From: Spirochaetota bacterium
Lineage (GTDB): Bacteria; Spirochaetota; UBA4802; UBA5550
Reading direction: 5' to 3'
Assembly (NCBI GenBank): GCA_009787025.1
Contig: WRGT01000072.1
Location: forward strand, 12,393 to 76,392
DNA length: 64,000 nt
Shown: positions 62,353 through 64,000 of the stretch, one piece after another
Position numbering within the stretch: the stretch's first letter is position 1
Layout: every line of letters begins with the position of its first letter
Made by a program: the position numbers and the translations under genes
Notes under the pieces: generated by a model
What the model was told of the DNA's origin: nothing
Seen by the model: only the letters and a program-made list of their open reading frames with translations
The model's database searches: none

Positions 62353-63195
62353 TTAATAGATATAAAATCCTCTCCCAGTTTTTTTGCCCAAATAGCCGGA
62401 CGCAACATATCTTCTAAGTAGCGGACACGGTCTATATTTTTGATCAGCATACCCTCTAAACATTTCATCTCCAATCCCTAAAATAATATCAATCCCTACC
62501 ATATCTGCTATTTCAAGAGGTCCCATTGGAAGATTAAGCCCTTTTTTCATTGCTTTATCAATTACTTCCGGCTTTGTCCCTCCTTCATATAAAAGAAAAG
62601 CTGCTTCATTAATTAAAGGATACAAAATTCTATTTAAATAAAAACCCGGATAATCTTTAGCCTCAATAAACTCTTTTCCTAACTTTTTTATAAATGATTT
62701 TGACATCTCTACAGTCTCCCTTGTTGTTGTTATTCCAGGGACAATCTCAACAAGCGGCAACACTCTTACAGGATTTAAAAAATGCAGCCCAATAACAGAT
62801 TCAGGCATTGTTGTTGCAGATGCAATCTCAGTTATTGATATTGATGATGTTATTGAAGCTAAAATACTCCCTCCCGAACATATAGCATTTAGCTGACCGA
62901 ATACAACTTTTTTTACATTTATATCCTCTTTTACTGCCTCCAAAAAAATATCCGTATCGGATAACTCCTCTATATTTTTTGCTATAGAAATTTTAGACTT
63001 TATTCTTTCACTATCTGTATTTGTAATTCTTCCATTTTCTACATATTTATTTAATTTCAGATGAATACTATTAATAGCATTAGTAGTTTGAGTAATGTTT
63101 GCGTCAAAAAGTTTTACCTGATAATTAGCTTCAGCTATAAGATGCGCCAAATCAGCGCCCATTACTCCTGCACCGATTATTCCAACATTATTCAT
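62353..63195 (-). CDS. hbd: 3-hydroxybutyryl-CoA / 3-hydroxyacyl-CoA dehydrogenase
   Basis: Rossmann VGIIGAGVMG, 3HCDH N- and C-terminal domain patterns. Confidence 0.8.
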   Translation of the reverse strand: MNNVGIIGAGVMGADLAHLIAEANYQVKLFDANITQTTNAINSIHLKLNKYVENGRITNTDSERIKSKISIAKNIEELSDTDIFLEAVKEDINVKKVVFGQLNAICSGGSILASITSSISITEIASATTMPESVIGLHFLNPVRVLPLVEIVPGITTTRETVEMSKSFIKKLGKEFIEAKDYPGFYLNRILYPLINEAAFLLYEGGTKPEVIDKAMKKGLNLPMGPLEIADMVGIDIILGIGDEMFRGYADQKYRPCPLLRRYVASGYLGKKTGRGFYIY

Positions 63196-63429
63196 AGATT
63201 AACCTCATTATTTAATCAAATACATAATATAGTTTACAAAATATTTATCAACAATAAAATAATTGACTTCTACTATTATTTTTATATTATTTTAAAATCA
63301 ATAAATAATATAAATATATTGTATAAAAAAGTAAACCTTATATGAATTGATATGAATGAATAATAGTACAATGATATTGCAGAGATTTTATAAAAAATAT
63401 TTTATACAAAAAAACGAACAAGGTCTAAA

Positions 63430-64000
63430 ATGAAAGATATTGATAAAACTAAACAGAATATCAGAATTAATGAAATTGATGAAGATCAAAGAAATGACCT
63501 GTTTAAAAGATTTGTAGATGCAGGCGGGCAAATTATTGACGATAAGAGTACAAAAAAAAATATAATAATTAATAGAGAAAAACAGAGAGAACATCAAAAA
63601 AAACTTGATAAACACTACTCAGATCAAAAATCTGCTCAAAGGAAAAAAAATACCGATACATCAGACAGAGATTCATTAAGGTCAGCTTCAAATGCGCCAA
63701 TCTCATCCATATTTGATAGAGCTAAAATAAGAATCAAATTAAAATTTCTTGGAGTAACAGGCTTTAGTGCAGTTTTTTTAAAAAAATCATTTTTTAAAAA
63801 ATTTGTTAATCACTATAAACCTGCGCTAATTACAATCCAAATGATATACCTTTCGCTTTTTAAAAAAAATCTGCAAACCGGAAACCGAATAATTCGTACT
63901 CTTGACAAGATATCTCCTAAATACTATGAGTTAATTGAAATGACTGGAGAGCTTTATGAAGAATATTTAATTGATCAAATAACAGAAAATTTTAAAAATT
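63430..64000 (+). CDS. hypothetical protein, 5' portion (runs off window end; absent from ORF track)
   Basis: ATG at 63430 with AAGG RBS, 190 stop-free codons to the window edge in a 28%-GC context. Confidence 0.45.
   Translation, partial: MKDIDKTKQNIRINEIDEDQRNDLFKRFVDAGGQIIDDKSTKKNIIINREKQREHQKKLDKHYSDQKSAQRKKNTDTSDRDSLRSASNAPISSIFDRAKIRIKLKFLGVTGFSAVFLKKSFFKKFVNHYKPALITIQMIYLSLFKKNLQTGNRIIRTLDKISPKYYELIEMTGELYEEYLIDQITENFKN

Noticed and set aside
1-64000. Search for tRNA, rRNA and CRISPR arrays
   Set aside because: No T-loop-like GGTTCGAATCC/GTTCAAATC contexts with cloverleaf flanks were seen in the intergenic regions. There are no regularly spaced direct repeats with unique spacers. The only short tandem arrays are the heptamer tract and the in-frame GmrSD repeats.

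Overview
The window reads as a low-GC (roughly 27-30% GC by eye) bacterial chromosome segment. A FlaB-type flagellin (MIINHNIAA... with the [11 protein letters not shown] core, 282 aa) points to a spirochaete, possibly Brachyspira-like. Most of it is ordinary housekeeping on both strands: cca, an m5U RNA methyltransferase, a THUMP methyltransferase, a lolA-like/rodZ-like/rimO/pgsA/pgpA run, alpha-glucan phosphorylase, queF, selU, ligT, pyrK, PBP1A, flaB, fatty-acid beta-oxidation genes (acyl-CoA synthetase, acyl-CoA dehydrogenase, hbd), uvrB, pyrF and ispD. No rRNA, tRNA or CRISPR was recognised by eye. Four parts look accessory. (1) A 1.3-kb segment at about 4.79-6.06 kb is markedly GC-rich (about 55%) and carries a single iron-containing alcohol dehydrogenase. 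(2) A DUF4143 AAA-ATPase sits next to an unannotated 57-aa gene and an iteron-like ATCTGCG motif at 15.1-16.9 kb; this small-gene module is duplicated at 31.5-32.1 kb. (3) A roughly 5.3-kb integrase-less island lies between pyrK and an isochorismatase gene (30.4-35.7 kb). It carries a GC-elevated DinD/Bro-N gene with a perfect 20-bp palindromic operator, a truncated dinD paralog, a GmrSD-type (DUF262/DUF1524) type IV restriction enzyme with in-frame tandem repeats, a MORN lipoprotein, a (CTTGCTG)10 heptanucleotide tract that is a phase-variation candidate, an orphan MNT nucleotidyltransferase, and a family of about 65-bp palindromic miniature repeats that flank the cassette. (4) A GC-elevated class-II Fic/MerR-HTH gene is bracketed by two intrinsic terminators. 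Other points: a six-gene same-strand cluster embeds queF with a 2-TM sensor-like protein, a STAS/Zn-ribbon protein and an AAA ATPase; and an XPB/Rad25-like helicase lies near a PC4-like ssDNA-binding protein. All calls rest on motifs read directly from the translations. No database search was run.
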